A DNA stretch of 64,000 nt from Chloroflexota bacterium (GTDB lineage Bacteria; Chloroflexota; Dehalococcoidia; UBA6926). Below the pieces are notes generated by a model. That model was given only the letters and a program-made list of their open reading frames with translations. It had not been told where the DNA came from and searched no databases. The stretch spans positions 886-64,885 of the forward strand of contig JAPOOK010000007.1 in NCBI GenBank assembly GCA_026713485.1, written 5' to 3'. A program made the translations under genes and the position numbers. Below, one piece after another: positions 35,881 through 44,435 of the stretch. The stretch's first letter is position 1. Every line of letters starts with the position of its first letter.

Positions 35881-37108
35881 GGAAACCAGCTGGTCTACGT
35901 CACCAGCTATTCCCCTCCGACCGGAAGTTAGTTTCCCCATCGACCCACAATTGGGTGAGCTTCCGTGCCTCTTCGATGCCGACTGGATATGGCGTGCCTA
36001 CTGCCGCGAGTTCGGACGCCCGGAAGTCGATCCGAAGGACATTCGTATTCGTCAGTTCGCTCACCGCGTAGGCAGGACAGCCCTCGTCAGCTACGAGATG
36101 GAATGGGACGCTGACACGTATCTACCCTCGCAGCATTTCTACGCCTACCTGGAGAGAAGCAGGCCTATCGAGCTCTCCCGGTTTCCGCATGATCGGCGTC
36201 TGCCCGGACTGCCTGATGCCTACCATCCGGACACGGCCCTTGCACTGCTCAATAGGCACGTACTGCCGTTCCGGGAACGGCGCGCCGCAGTGGATGTGAT
36301 CCGTTACAGGGCCATGAACCGTGCCGTGCTGCGTCATCGCGCAGGCAGGGCAAAGTTCTATGCGCGAGTCATGCGACCGGACGCCGTCGTCCCACTATTG
36401 AGGGCTCATGACCTGGTGGCGCAGTCCGGATTCGTCGCACCTCGCCTCGCAGGCCATTGGGCCGAAGGCGGCGTGGTGTGGTTCTCGGAGATACCCGGCA
36501 AGAATCTGCGGCAGCAGATTCGGCGGGACAAGGCCCCGGAGCCCTCGCTGATTCTGGATGGACTGCAGACGTTGTGGGATACCCCTCCCGATCCCGGTAC
36601 CAACCCTCCCTTCAACCTGGCAGGGGCGTATGAGAGAGCAAAGAGCAGCATCGGGCAGAATGTTCAGGACGACGTGACCTCTCTGCGAGACCTCAATGGA
36701 GCCACGGCAGCACTGGATCCCTTCGTCCATTCGTGGCGTCCCACCGCCACAGCACACAATGACTTCTACGACGACCAGATGCTGGTGTTTGATGACGGAC
36801 GCATTGCCGTCGTCGACTTCGAAGAGGCCGGGCTGGGAGACCCCCTCCTGGACATCGGCAACTTTCTGGCGCACTTGAATTGGGCCGGCACGTTTGGCAG
36901 CGAACGTCGAGCCGGGAGGTTCGCTGCGTACCACACGTCCTTCAGGGAGGCCGCGTTGGAACGCTTCGGATGGAGCGAGCCGGAGCTCGCTTATCGCGAG
37001 GCTGTCTGTCTGTTTCGGCTATGCACAAACACCATCCGCCGAGCACGGGAGGACTGGTCCGAACGGCTGCGGGACGGCCTGCGCCTTGTGAATGAAACGC
37101 TGGGCTAA
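35852..37108 (+). CDS. Aminoglycoside-phosphotransferase-like (APH/ChoK family) kinase
   Basis: Catalytic and Mg-binding loop HNDFYDDQMLVFDDGRIAVVDFEEAGLGDPLLDIGNFLAHL. The start is uncertain, since it overlaps the upstream gene by 29 nt. Confidence 0.7.
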   Translation: MMTPMTSVLEETSWSTSPAIPLRPEVSFPIDPQLGELPCLFDADWIWRAYCREFGRPEVDPKDIRIRQFAHRVGRTALVSYEMEWDADTYLPSQHFYAYLERSRPIELSRFPHDRRLPGLPDAYHPDTALALLNRHVLPFRERRAAVDVIRYRAMNRAVLRHRAGRAKFYARVMRPDAVVPLLRAHDLVAQSGFVAPRLAGHWAEGGVVWFSEIPGKNLRQQIRRDKAPEPSLILDGLQTLWDTPPDPGTNPPFNLAGAYERAKSSIGQNVQDDVTSLRDLNGATAALDPFVHSWRPTATAHNDFYDDQMLVFDDGRIAVVDFEEAGLGDPLLDIGNFLAHLNWAGTFGSERRAGRFAAYHTSFREAALERFGWSEPELAYREAVCLFRLCTNTIRRAREDWSERLRDGLRLVNETLG

Positions 37109-37221
37109 CCTCCAGAACAGGCAGGCTGGTTCTTCGCCTCTTCCGCCATTAACTGGGACGAGCCTTTGCTTAGCCTTCCTCATCTCCGCATAGAAGAAAG
37201 TGGGATGAATAACAAAGAGAG

Positions 37222-37240
37222 TGAGGGGAATTCCCTCACG
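37222..37240 (-). terminator. Intrinsic terminator after the HicA-like gene
   Basis: Hairpin GTGAGGG-GAATT-CCCTCAC. On the minus strand it is followed by TCTCTTTGTTATT. Confidence 0.55.
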
Positions 37241-37253
37241 TTAGGCTCAGCAT

Positions 37254-37478
37254 TTACAAGCCCTCAAGAAATGCATGGAACGAATCCATGCTGAGGCCCT
37301 GCGCTTCCAATTGATCCTGCAGGTCTTCTACCGGGATGTCCTCGGCGAGTGTCAGGAACACATTGGTTGTGGGATCCCCATTCGTATACGCCTCATGCGT
37401 CCCCTCACTGAAAAGGAGTGAATACCCCATCTGCGTCAATACAGCCCTGACTTGCGTGTGGCTAAGCCACTTAGGCAA
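37254..37478 (-). CDS. HicA-like (YcfA family) putative toxin
   Basis: 74 aa. VRAVLTQMGYSLLFSEGTHEAY .. LQDQLEAQGLSMDSF resembles the HicA G..GSH.. and C-terminal GLS..F pattern. The canonical catalytic His context is not clear. Confidence 0.4.
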   Translation of the reverse strand: MPKWLSHTQVRAVLTQMGYSLLFSEGTHEAYTNGDPTTNVFLTLAEDIPVEDLQDQLEAQGLSMDSFHAFLEGL

Positions 37479-37776
37479 AGACGACCTCTCGGCTCACTGA
37501 CTGTTCTTTGTCGTCAGGATAGGAGATCGTGTAGCCGACACGGTGTTTATCCAGGTAACCGCGAAATTCGTCTACGGTGTGGTTGTCTTTAAATGTCGTG
37601 GCGATAAAATCAAACATCTCGTCCGCCGCGGCAGCAGCCGCCTCCTGCGAGTCTCCATAGGCAGTCACAGCCAATCCCTCTAACCGTGCTGCCCAGTAGT
37701 CACCACGGTCTTCCAGGGTCTTGTGGATATTCACCTTGACGACTGTCATAGTCGAAGACATCGGTTTGCCTCTCAC
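37471..37776 (-). CDS. HicB-like (UPF0150) putative antitoxin
   Basis: YWAARLEGLAVTAYGDSQEAAAAAADEMF resembles the HicB N-terminal fold motif. 8-nt overlap with the downstream HicA-like gene. Confidence 0.4.
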   Translation of the reverse strand: MRGKPMSSTMTVVKVNIHKTLEDRGDYWAARLEGLAVTAYGDSQEAAAAAADEMFDFIATTFKDNHTVDEFRGYLDKHRVGYTISYPDDKEQSVSREVVFA

Positions 37777-37872
37777 GACACTAGTTATCGTTCCGCTATC
37801 ATTCTACAACCACATGTTAATGCGAACCCGCCTTTGCGCCCTATCTCCTAACTCCGTATCGTAGAAGGTGAA

Positions 37873-39009
37873 ATGAATACCAAAGAAAGAGTTATTGTCG
37901 CCATGAGCGGCGGGGTGGATTCCTCCGTCGCCGCCTACCTGCTCAAGGAGCAGGGGTATGACGTCATCGGCGTCACCATGCGCCTCTGGAGCGACGACGT
38001 AGAGGGCGCGTCACGCCACAACCGTGCCTGCTGCTCCGTAGAGGACGTGTTTGACGCCAAGCGGGTCGCTCAGAAGCTTGATATGCCGCACTACGTCCTC
38101 AATATGGAGGAGGAGTTCCGCAAGCACGTCATCGAATACTTCATCCGCGAATACAAGAATGGTCGGACTCCACACCCCTGCATCGCCTGCAACGACAAGA
38201 TCAAGTTCGCATTCTTCCTGCAGCGGGCACTGTCGCTTGAAGCAGATTGGATCGCCACGGGGCACTACGTTCGACGCCGCGCCGACGCGGACGGCCGCAT
38301 TGAGTTGCACAAGGCCGTCGACGCCTCCAAGGACCAGACCTACGTTCTCTACGGGCTCGGACAGGAGGAACTGCGCCGCTCATTGTTCCCCATCGGTGAG
38401 CTGCCCAAGCAGGATGTGCGGCGCATCGCGCATGAACTTGAGCTGCCCGTCGCGGACAAGCCGGACAGTCAGGAGATCTGCTTCGTGCCCTCGGGAAATT
38501 ACAGGGCCTTTCTCTCTGAACACATGGCGCTCACGCCCGGCCCCATTTTGGACGTCGACGGCAAGCATGTCGGCTCTCACATGGGAACTGCGGGCTACAC
38601 GGTCGGTCAGCGCAAGGGCCTCCCGCCGTCCCCCGCAGGCCGCCGCATGTACGTCATCGACATCGACACCGCCGAGAACACCATTGTCATCGGCCCAGAG
38701 GATCACCTCCTCGCAGACTCGTTGCGCGCAGCGCAGGCAACGTATATCGACGGAGTCGCCCCCGGCGGCGTCCCGACGCGCGTGCTGGCCAAGGTGCGGT
38801 ACAAGTCCCCCGAGTCGCCCGCCCTCCTCATCCCGGACGCGGACGGCGACGGCTTCACTCTTGAGTTTGACGAGCCGCAGCGCGCCGTCACGCCCGGTCA
38901 GGCAGTCGTTCTCTACAATGACGGCCGGATGCTCGGCGGCGGCGTGATTGAGCGAGCGGTAGCCGTCGAGGAGCCGCAAGTCTCTACTTTTACTGCCCAG
39001 GCGGTGTAA
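37873..39009 (+). CDS. mnmA: tRNA 2-thiouridine(34) synthase MnmA
   Basis: PP-loop VAMSGGVDSSVAAYLL, with CC..C cysteines and overall length as expected for MnmA. Confidence 0.95.
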   Translation: MNTKERVIVAMSGGVDSSVAAYLLKEQGYDVIGVTMRLWSDDVEGASRHNRACCSVEDVFDAKRVAQKLDMPHYVLNMEEEFRKHVIEYFIREYKNGRTPHPCIACNDKIKFAFFLQRALSLEADWIATGHYVRRRADADGRIELHKAVDASKDQTYVLYGLGQEELRRSLFPIGELPKQDVRRIAHELELPVADKPDSQEICFVPSGNYRAFLSEHMALTPGPILDVDGKHVGSHMGTAGYTVGQRKGLPPSPAGRRMYVIDIDTAENTIVIGPEDHLLADSLRAAQATYIDGVAPGGVPTRVLAKVRYKSPESPALLIPDADGDGFTLEFDEPQRAVTPGQAVVLYNDGRMLGGGVIERAVAVEEPQVSTFTAQAV

Positions 39010-39036
39010 AATCGTTCTCGGGATAAAGGGGTAATA

Positions 39037-39630
39037 ATGTCCATCATCGCCTTGTCGCATGGGCTTCGTGACTTTCTCAATCGCGGGGATTCCGCCGCTC
39101 ATGTGCAAAATGGATATCCGTCCGGCGACGCCCTTGCTGGCGTTTTCCAGGCATGTCACCGCACCCTGACGCAGGCCGTCGAAACGATGTCCGAGGAGGA
39201 CATGGCATGGCGGCCGTTCCCTGAGACGCCGTCCGCCGGCTACTACCTCTGGCACGTCGCCCGCGTGCAGGACGCCCTGCTCCACAAGCAGATCCTCAAC
39301 CGCCCCGAAATCAATGAGACACATGGCTATGCGCGGGAATTCGGTCTTCCCCTTGAAGACACGGGGCAGGCGTACACCGCAACACAGCGCGCCCACTTCC
39401 AGGAGCCGCCCAAGAAAGCGTTGCTGGAATACCTGAGGCTAACGTTCCAGGCCGTTTTGCGCACCATTGAGGAACTCGGGCCGGAAGGCCTGGACATTGA
39501 GACGGACAGTGGGATGCGTCGCATCCGCTACCTCATCACCCTGACCACCCACGCCAACCTCCACGCCGGCGCAATTAACCACATCAGGGAAGTTCTCACA
39601 GCCTCAAGAGAGGTTCCCGCTGAAAACTGA
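39037..39630 (+). CDS. DinB-family (four-helix bundle, metal-binding) protein
   Basis: His triad context YYLWHVARVQD .. THANLHAGAINHI. Confidence 0.55.
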   Translation: MSIIALSHGLRDFLNRGDSAAHVQNGYPSGDALAGVFQACHRTLTQAVETMSEEDMAWRPFPETPSAGYYLWHVARVQDALLHKQILNRPEINETHGYAREFGLPLEDTGQAYTATQRAHFQEPPKKALLEYLRLTFQAVLRTIEELGPEGLDIETDSGMRRIRYLITLTTHANLHAGAINHIREVLTASREVPAEN

Positions 39631-40303
39631 TCCTCCGGACGGCGGCGCCTCTCGGTCACGCCGTCCCATCGTCCCTCCCGTCACTCGCCCCGGCCTCTCC
39701 TACGAGCGTGAGCTGCTCTTAAAGGGCGCCCGCACCATCGCCGGCATAGACGAAGCGGGTCGCGGTGCTCTCGCGGGCCCGGTCGCCGCAGCTGCCGTCA
39801 TCCTCCCCGCCCGACCATTGGCATGGTTCGATGATGTTGACGATTCCAAGAAACTCAGCGCTCCCGAGAGAGAACGCCTGGCAAAGCTCATCCTGCAGGA
39901 CGCCGCCGTTGGCCTCGCCATGTCGCCCGCAAGCCGCATCGATTCCGCCGGCATCGCCACCGCAACCCGTGAGGCTATGCTCGCCGCCCTCAACGTGCTT
40001 GGCAGCCGCGTGGACGGCATCCTCGTTGACGGCTTCGCGCTGCCTCTCCCTGACGATATTCCGCAGTTGGCGCTCACGCGCGGCGACCAGGTCTCCATCT
40101 CGGTCTCGGCGGCATCCATAATTGCGAAGGTCGCCCGCGACGAGGTCATGCGCCGGCTGGACAACCAACACTCCGGCTACGGACTGGCAAGAAACAAGGG
40201 GTACGGGACGCCCAAACATCTGGCTGCGTTGCGGCAGATCGGCCCTTCCCCTATTCACCGCCGCACGTTTCGCAACGTTGAAAAAGTTGCGGAGGCGTCT
40301 TGA
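39620..40303 (+). CDS. rnhB: Ribonuclease HII (start codon uncertain, apparently non-canonical)
   Basis: The catalytic motif IAGIDEAGRGALAGPV is encoded at 39737-39784, upstream of the track start (TTG 39818). The frame is open from 39545 but has no ATG/GTG/TTG before the motif. Candidates are CTG 39620 (after AAGAGAGG) or ATC 39668. Confidence 0.85.
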   Translation: MKTDPPDGGASRSRRPIVPPVTRPGLSYERELLLKGARTIAGIDEAGRGALAGPVAAAAVILPARPLAWFDDVDDSKKLSAPERERLAKLILQDAAVGLAMSPASRIDSAGIATATREAMLAALNVLGSRVDGILVDGFALPLPDDIPQLALTRGDQVSISVSAASIIAKVARDEVMRRLDNQHSGYGLARNKGYGTPKHLAALRQIGPSPIHRRTFRNVEKVAEAS

Positions 40304-40433
40304 CAGAATATCCCTTCGCCCCATAGCATGGCGTCGTTCAGATATGGCAACCGATTTAGAGCCCCCAAGTACGGGGCACACACAAATTGCGCCGGGTCGA
40401 CGCATGACTAACGTCGCCGGGGCATAGACACCA

Positions 40434-41744
40434 ATGTCCGCCCTACTACTGCCGGCGTACCCGCTGGCGTTAATCCTGTTGACACTGGTTGTGGCGCTTG
40501 AGGACGCCTTCTTCCAAACACGGGGAGAGCGGCTGGAGCGCCTTGTTCAGCGGCGACGACCGGGTGCGCGCCGCCTTGCCCGACTCCAGGAATCCCACGA
40601 TTCGCTGGCGATGGCCGCCCTCATGATCCGTTCCACGGCGACGGTTCTATTTGCCATCATCAGCTTTGGCCTCGTGTCGACGTATACCCCCTGGCCGTCT
40701 CTGGAGGTTTTGCTCGGGATCGTGCTCACCATCGGGGGGGTCATACTGGCCCAGGCCGCCGGGCGAGTCTGGGGCGGCCATGACGCCGATCGCCTCGCCG
40801 TCGTATCCGCGCCACCGGCAGCGTTCGTCAACGCCGTTCTTTCCATACCGGCCTCAGCTCTCCGCGCCCTCTTCCGTCCGCTCGCCCGCGCACTGGGACA
40901 GAAACGGTCAGATAACGCGCCTGTAGAACGCTCCGACCAACGCAATGGCAACAGCGATCATCCGAACGGCACGGACGCTGCCGTCACCCTGGATGAGGAG
41001 TGGGAGCGAAACGTCATGCGCGGCCTTGTTCGGTTGGAGTCGCTGGCCGTCCGCGAGGTAATGGTTCCGCGACCGGATGTTGTTGGCATTGAGTCCGGCT
41101 CGTCACTCGAAGACGCCGTCCAGATCGTCATGCAGGAGGGGTACAGTCGCCTGCCGCTCTACCGGGGCAGCCTCGACGACACTATCGGCATCGTCTACGC
41201 CAAGGATCTACTGGCCGCATTTCAGAACAAGGCCGGAGATTCAACCCTTGAATCTATCATCCGTCCCCCGCTGCACGTTCCGGAAACCAAGCGCGTTGGC
41301 GACCTCTTGCGTGAGTTCCAGGCACGCCGCGTTCATATCGCCTTAGTTGTCGACGAATACGGCAGCCTCGTCGGCCTTGTCACAAACGAAGACTTGCTGG
41401 AAGAGATTGTTGGGGACATCGATGACGAGTTCACCGCGAGCGAACCACTGGTTCGCCGGGTGAACGAGCAGGAGGCCATCGTCGACGCCCGCGCCCCCCT
41501 CAAGTACATCAACGAGATGTTCAACGTGGAACTCCATGCAGAGGGCGTTGACACCGTTGGCGGGCTCATCCTTTACGCGCTCGGTCGCATCCCGCACCCC
41601 GGCGAGACCGTCAGCGACAACGGCTTGACCATGACCATCCTGTCCACCACGGGCCGTCGCGTCCGCCAAGTGCGACTCCTTCACGGCGAGTCACCCACCG
41701 GCATCGACACTGAAGACCACACCCCCACCGCCGCCTCCGCCTAA
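40434..41744 (+). CDS. Hemolysin/CNNM-family protein (DUF21 TM + CBS pair + CorC_HlyC)
   Basis: 436 aa with N-terminal TM helices. REVMVPRPDVVGI begins the CBS region. A C-terminal transporter-associated domain is present. Confidence 0.85.
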   Translation: MSALLLPAYPLALILLTLVVALEDAFFQTRGERLERLVQRRRPGARRLARLQESHDSLAMAALMIRSTATVLFAIISFGLVSTYTPWPSLEVLLGIVLTIGGVILAQAAGRVWGGHDADRLAVVSAPPAAFVNAVLSIPASALRALFRPLARALGQKRSDNAPVERSDQRNGNSDHPNGTDAAVTLDEEWERNVMRGLVRLESLAVREVMVPRPDVVGIESGSSLEDAVQIVMQEGYSRLPLYRGSLDDTIGIVYAKDLLAAFQNKAGDSTLESIIRPPLHVPETKRVGDLLREFQARRVHIALVVDEYGSLVGLVTNEDLLEEIVGDIDDEFTASEPLVRRVNEQEAIVDARAPLKYINEMFNVELHAEGVDTVGGLILYALGRIPHPGETVSDNGLTMTILSTTGRRVRQVRLLHGESPTGIDTEDHTPTAASA

Positions 41745-41771
41745 TCTCGCGCCACACCCGCTCGCTCCGGC

Positions 41772-41945
41772 CCGTCGAAGGGCGTTCCGCATCATCCCCG
41801 CCCCAACCCCCCTGTCATTCTGGGCGCTTCCCTTGTCGTTCTGAGCACAGCGAAGAATCTGAAATCACCATTGCGCTGCTCAACCCTGTATCGCGATTCA
41901 AGAATCCCGTCCCCCTAGTAAGGGAAGGTTCATGGTGGGGGAGGC
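41772..41945. repeat. Mosaic of REP-like units
   Basis: CCGTCGAAGGGCGTTCC, then GTCATTCTGGGCGC (41814), then GTCGTTCTGAGCACAGCGAAGAATCTGAAATCACCATTGCGCTGC (41835-41879), then CCCCTAGTAAGGGAAGG..GGTGGGGGA (41911-41943). Confidence 0.8.
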
Positions 41946-41968
41946 ATAGTCCCTAACCAAAACGAATA

Positions 41969-41992
41969 CGGGGGCGCCCATGGGCGCCCCCG
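41969..41992 (-). terminator. Intrinsic terminator of the collagen-like lipoprotein gene
   Basis: Perfect palindrome CGGGGGCGCCCATGGGCGCCCCCG. On the minus strand it is followed by TATTCGTTTTGG. Confidence 0.6.
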
Positions 41993-42024
41993 GCAATCGT
42001 GACTAAAGAGTTGTCAGGTGTCGG

Positions 42025-42597
42025 CTACTTGCCGCCCAGCGTCGGAGCCTCACCCGGGCCGTAGACGCGGATTGCTGTGCTTGCCGCCGCCGGTCCGGCC
42101 GCTCCCTCCGGTGTGCGACTTCCCACCGCGATAACAGTCCATACGCCGGGTGGCAGAGCCTCAGGGATTGCGGGCAATAGATCGGTGCCAACCACCATCT
42201 CAAGCGCGCCGGATGAATTCACCTGGGCGGTTCCCATTTCATAATCAGTGGCCGCGCCAAGCGCCTCACGAATGTAGAGCGTCACGTCATCCCGTCGTGG
42301 GAAGCCGGACAGCCTGAATGTCACCCGTGTCGTTCCCGGAACGAGAATAACGTTCGGGTCGAGGGTATTGATATTGGCTTCGGGATTGATGGCTCCCGGT
42401 CCGGGCGCGCCGGGCGCCCCTGCTTCTCCGGGTGCTCCTGCTTCTCCTGGCTGGCCGGGCGGCCCCTGTTGACCGTCAACTCCGTCCGAGCCGGGCGCTC
42501 CTGCAGGGCCCGCTGGGCCTCGCTCACCCTGCGCTCCTCCCGGACCCGTACATGCCGCCAAGACAAGAATAAAGGCAGTAATCAGAACAAGGGGCAT
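42025..42597 (-). CDS. Collagen-like triple-helix-repeat lipoprotein
   Basis: ATG 42597 gives MPLVLITAFILVLAAC (lipobox LAAC). It is followed by about 17 G-X-Y triplets (GERGPAGPAGAPGSDGVDGQQGPPGQPGEAGAPGEAGAPGAPG) and a ~120-aa C-terminal domain. The track ORF extends to 42699. Confidence 0.75.
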   Translation of the reverse strand: MPLVLITAFILVLAACTGPGGAQGERGPAGPAGAPGSDGVDGQQGPPGQPGEAGAPGEAGAPGAPGPGAINPEANINTLDPNVILVPGTTRVTFRLSGFPRRDDVTLYIREALGAATDYEMGTAQVNSSGALEMVVGTDLLPAIPEALPPGVWTVIAVGSRTPEGAAGPAAASTAIRVYGPGEAPTLGGK

Positions 42598-42859
42598 CCA
42601 AAATGCTTTCCCTTTAAACACGCGCTGCTCCCTCCTGCTAACCCCGTCTGACGCTGTGTAGATTGGCCGAAATACGCGCGCCGAACGGTTTAAAGACACT
42701 TAATCATATTGGCGCAGGTAGGGAACTGTCAAGAAGAACCGTCCTCAAAAAGCCCCTTCCACCTGAATTATCGCCTTGTGTACGCATGACCGCTCAGCCC
42801 AGATTTCCAACACAACCTCCACTTGCCACGCGTATAATGTCCATCGGAGAGGCCTCCAC

Positions 42860-42949
<90 letters not shown>

Positions 42950-42960
42950 TTACACAAGAC

Positions 42961-43052
42961 GGAGAGGTGCTGGAGTGGCCGAACAGGCACGCCTGGAAAG
43001 CGTGTAGGGTCTTACCGGGCCCTCGCGGGTTCGAATCCCGCTCTCTCCGCCA
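42961..43052 (+). tRNA. tRNA-Ser (anticodon GGA), CCA encoded
   Basis: Hand-folded. Anticodon stem CACGC/GCGTG with loop CTGGAAA, long variable arm, T-loop TTCGAAT. Confidence 0.9.
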
Positions 43053-43241
43053 CTTGTTTCTTATTGCCCAACAACCACTCGCGCCGGAACGCGCACCTCA
43101 AACCGCAAGGCAGATCAACACAGCTCCCCCATCCACCGCCAAAGATGGAACGCGCATCGCGAACCCCACAGGCCCATCAACATGGATCGCGAACCGAGAA
43201 CAATCCTTGACCAGAGTCTGGCAAATCGATAGCTTTGAATC

Positions 43242-44420
43242 GTGAATGACGATCTCCCATATTGGATTGCGTTTCAGCGCGTCAGCAGGCTCGGCCGGGT
43301 CAGATTCGGACATCTCGAGTCGCATTTCCCTACTCTGAAAGACGCTTGGCACGCCACAGAGTCCGAGCTCCGCGCCACTCGTCTCGATGGGCGTACGGTC
43401 GACGAAATCCTCAAGACGCGTGTCGACATCCAACCCGAGGATGAGCTTGAGAGGCTGCACCGTCACCGGGTGAGCGCCTACACCTGGCACGATGAGCAAT
43501 ACCCTGCCCGCTTACGGCAGATCTATGACATGCCCCCTGTCTTGTACGTCAAGGGAGAATTCGAGCCGGAGGACGATCTTTCGCTGGCTGTCGTCGGAAC
43601 CCGCAAGGCCACGCCATACGGCCGCGAGGTGACTCGTGAATTCGTCAGAGACCTGGTACATGCAGGACTCACGATATCCAGCGGGCTCGCCGCCGGCATT
43701 GACTCAACAGCTCACTACGCTACCTTGCAGAACCGGGGCAGGACAATCGCAGTACTCGGCAGCGGCGTTGACATCATCTATCCCGCGCAGAATCGCAAGA
43801 TGGCGGCAGAGATTGTAGAGCACGGCGCGCTCATCAGTGACTACCCAATCGGCACGCCCCCGATGAAAGAGAACTTCCCGCGCCGCAACCGCATCATGAG
43901 CGGCATCAGCCTCGGCTGCCTCGTCATTGAGGGCAACGAAAAGAGTGGCGCGCTGATCACGGCGCGCCAGGCCTTGGAACAGAACCGGGAGGTCTTTGCC
44001 GTCCCCGGAAGCGCCCTCAGCGAGCGGAGCCGCGGCCCCAACCTGCTCATTCAGAACGGCGAGGCCAAGCTCGTGTTGACTGCCGAGGACATCCTGCAGG
44101 AACTGAACCTGTCACAGGAGGATCGACAGCTAAATCTCCCGTCCACGACAGAGCCCGTTGACGAGGAACAGGCCGCTGTTCTCAAGGTTCTCAGCCGGTC
44201 TCCCATCCACATCGATGAGATCTATCGTGCCTCCGGAATGTCGATGCCTGAAGTGTCCAGTACCCTTACTATGTTGGAACTGAACGATCTCGTAAGACAG
44301 GTAGGCGGTATGCACTACGTCTTGACACGAGAGGCCCATGCGATTTACGAATCAAAAAGAGAGAACAGCAACGGCGGGGAACAGACCGAGACCAGAACTG
44401 CTGAAAATCAGCTCACCTAA
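43242..44420 (+). CDS. dprA: DNA-processing protein DprA (Smf)
   Basis: Rossmann-like core GTRKATPYG..GLAAGIDSTAH..VPG, with a C-terminal wHTH. Confidence 0.9.
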   Translation: MNDDLPYWIAFQRVSRLGRVRFGHLESHFPTLKDAWHATESELRATRLDGRTVDEILKTRVDIQPEDELERLHRHRVSAYTWHDEQYPARLRQIYDMPPVLYVKGEFEPEDDLSLAVVGTRKATPYGREVTREFVRDLVHAGLTISSGLAAGIDSTAHYATLQNRGRTIAVLGSGVDIIYPAQNRKMAAEIVEHGALISDYPIGTPPMKENFPRRNRIMSGISLGCLVIEGNEKSGALITARQALEQNREVFAVPGSALSERSRGPNLLIQNGEAKLVLTAEDILQELNLSQEDRQLNLPSTTEPVDEEQAAVLKVLSRSPIHIDEIYRASGMSMPEVSSTLTMLELNDLVRQVGGMHYVLTREAHAIYESKRENSNGGEQTETRTAENQLT

Positions 44421-44435
44421 AGAGGCAAGAATCGA

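Noticed and set aside
38380-39396. A 338-aa minus-strand ORF. The same applies to 49289-50311 (-), 25057-25923 (+), 29909-30706 (-) and 54048-54836 (+).
   Set aside because: All are antisense or alternative-frame shadows of mnmA, pepP/efp, recN, the MFS gene and clpX respectively.
42833-42838. A perfect TATAAT box 22 nt upstream of the first tRNA-Ser gene, as a tRNA promoter.
   Set aside because: I found no acceptable -35 element or TGn extension at the proper spacing. It may still be a promoter, but I cannot support it.
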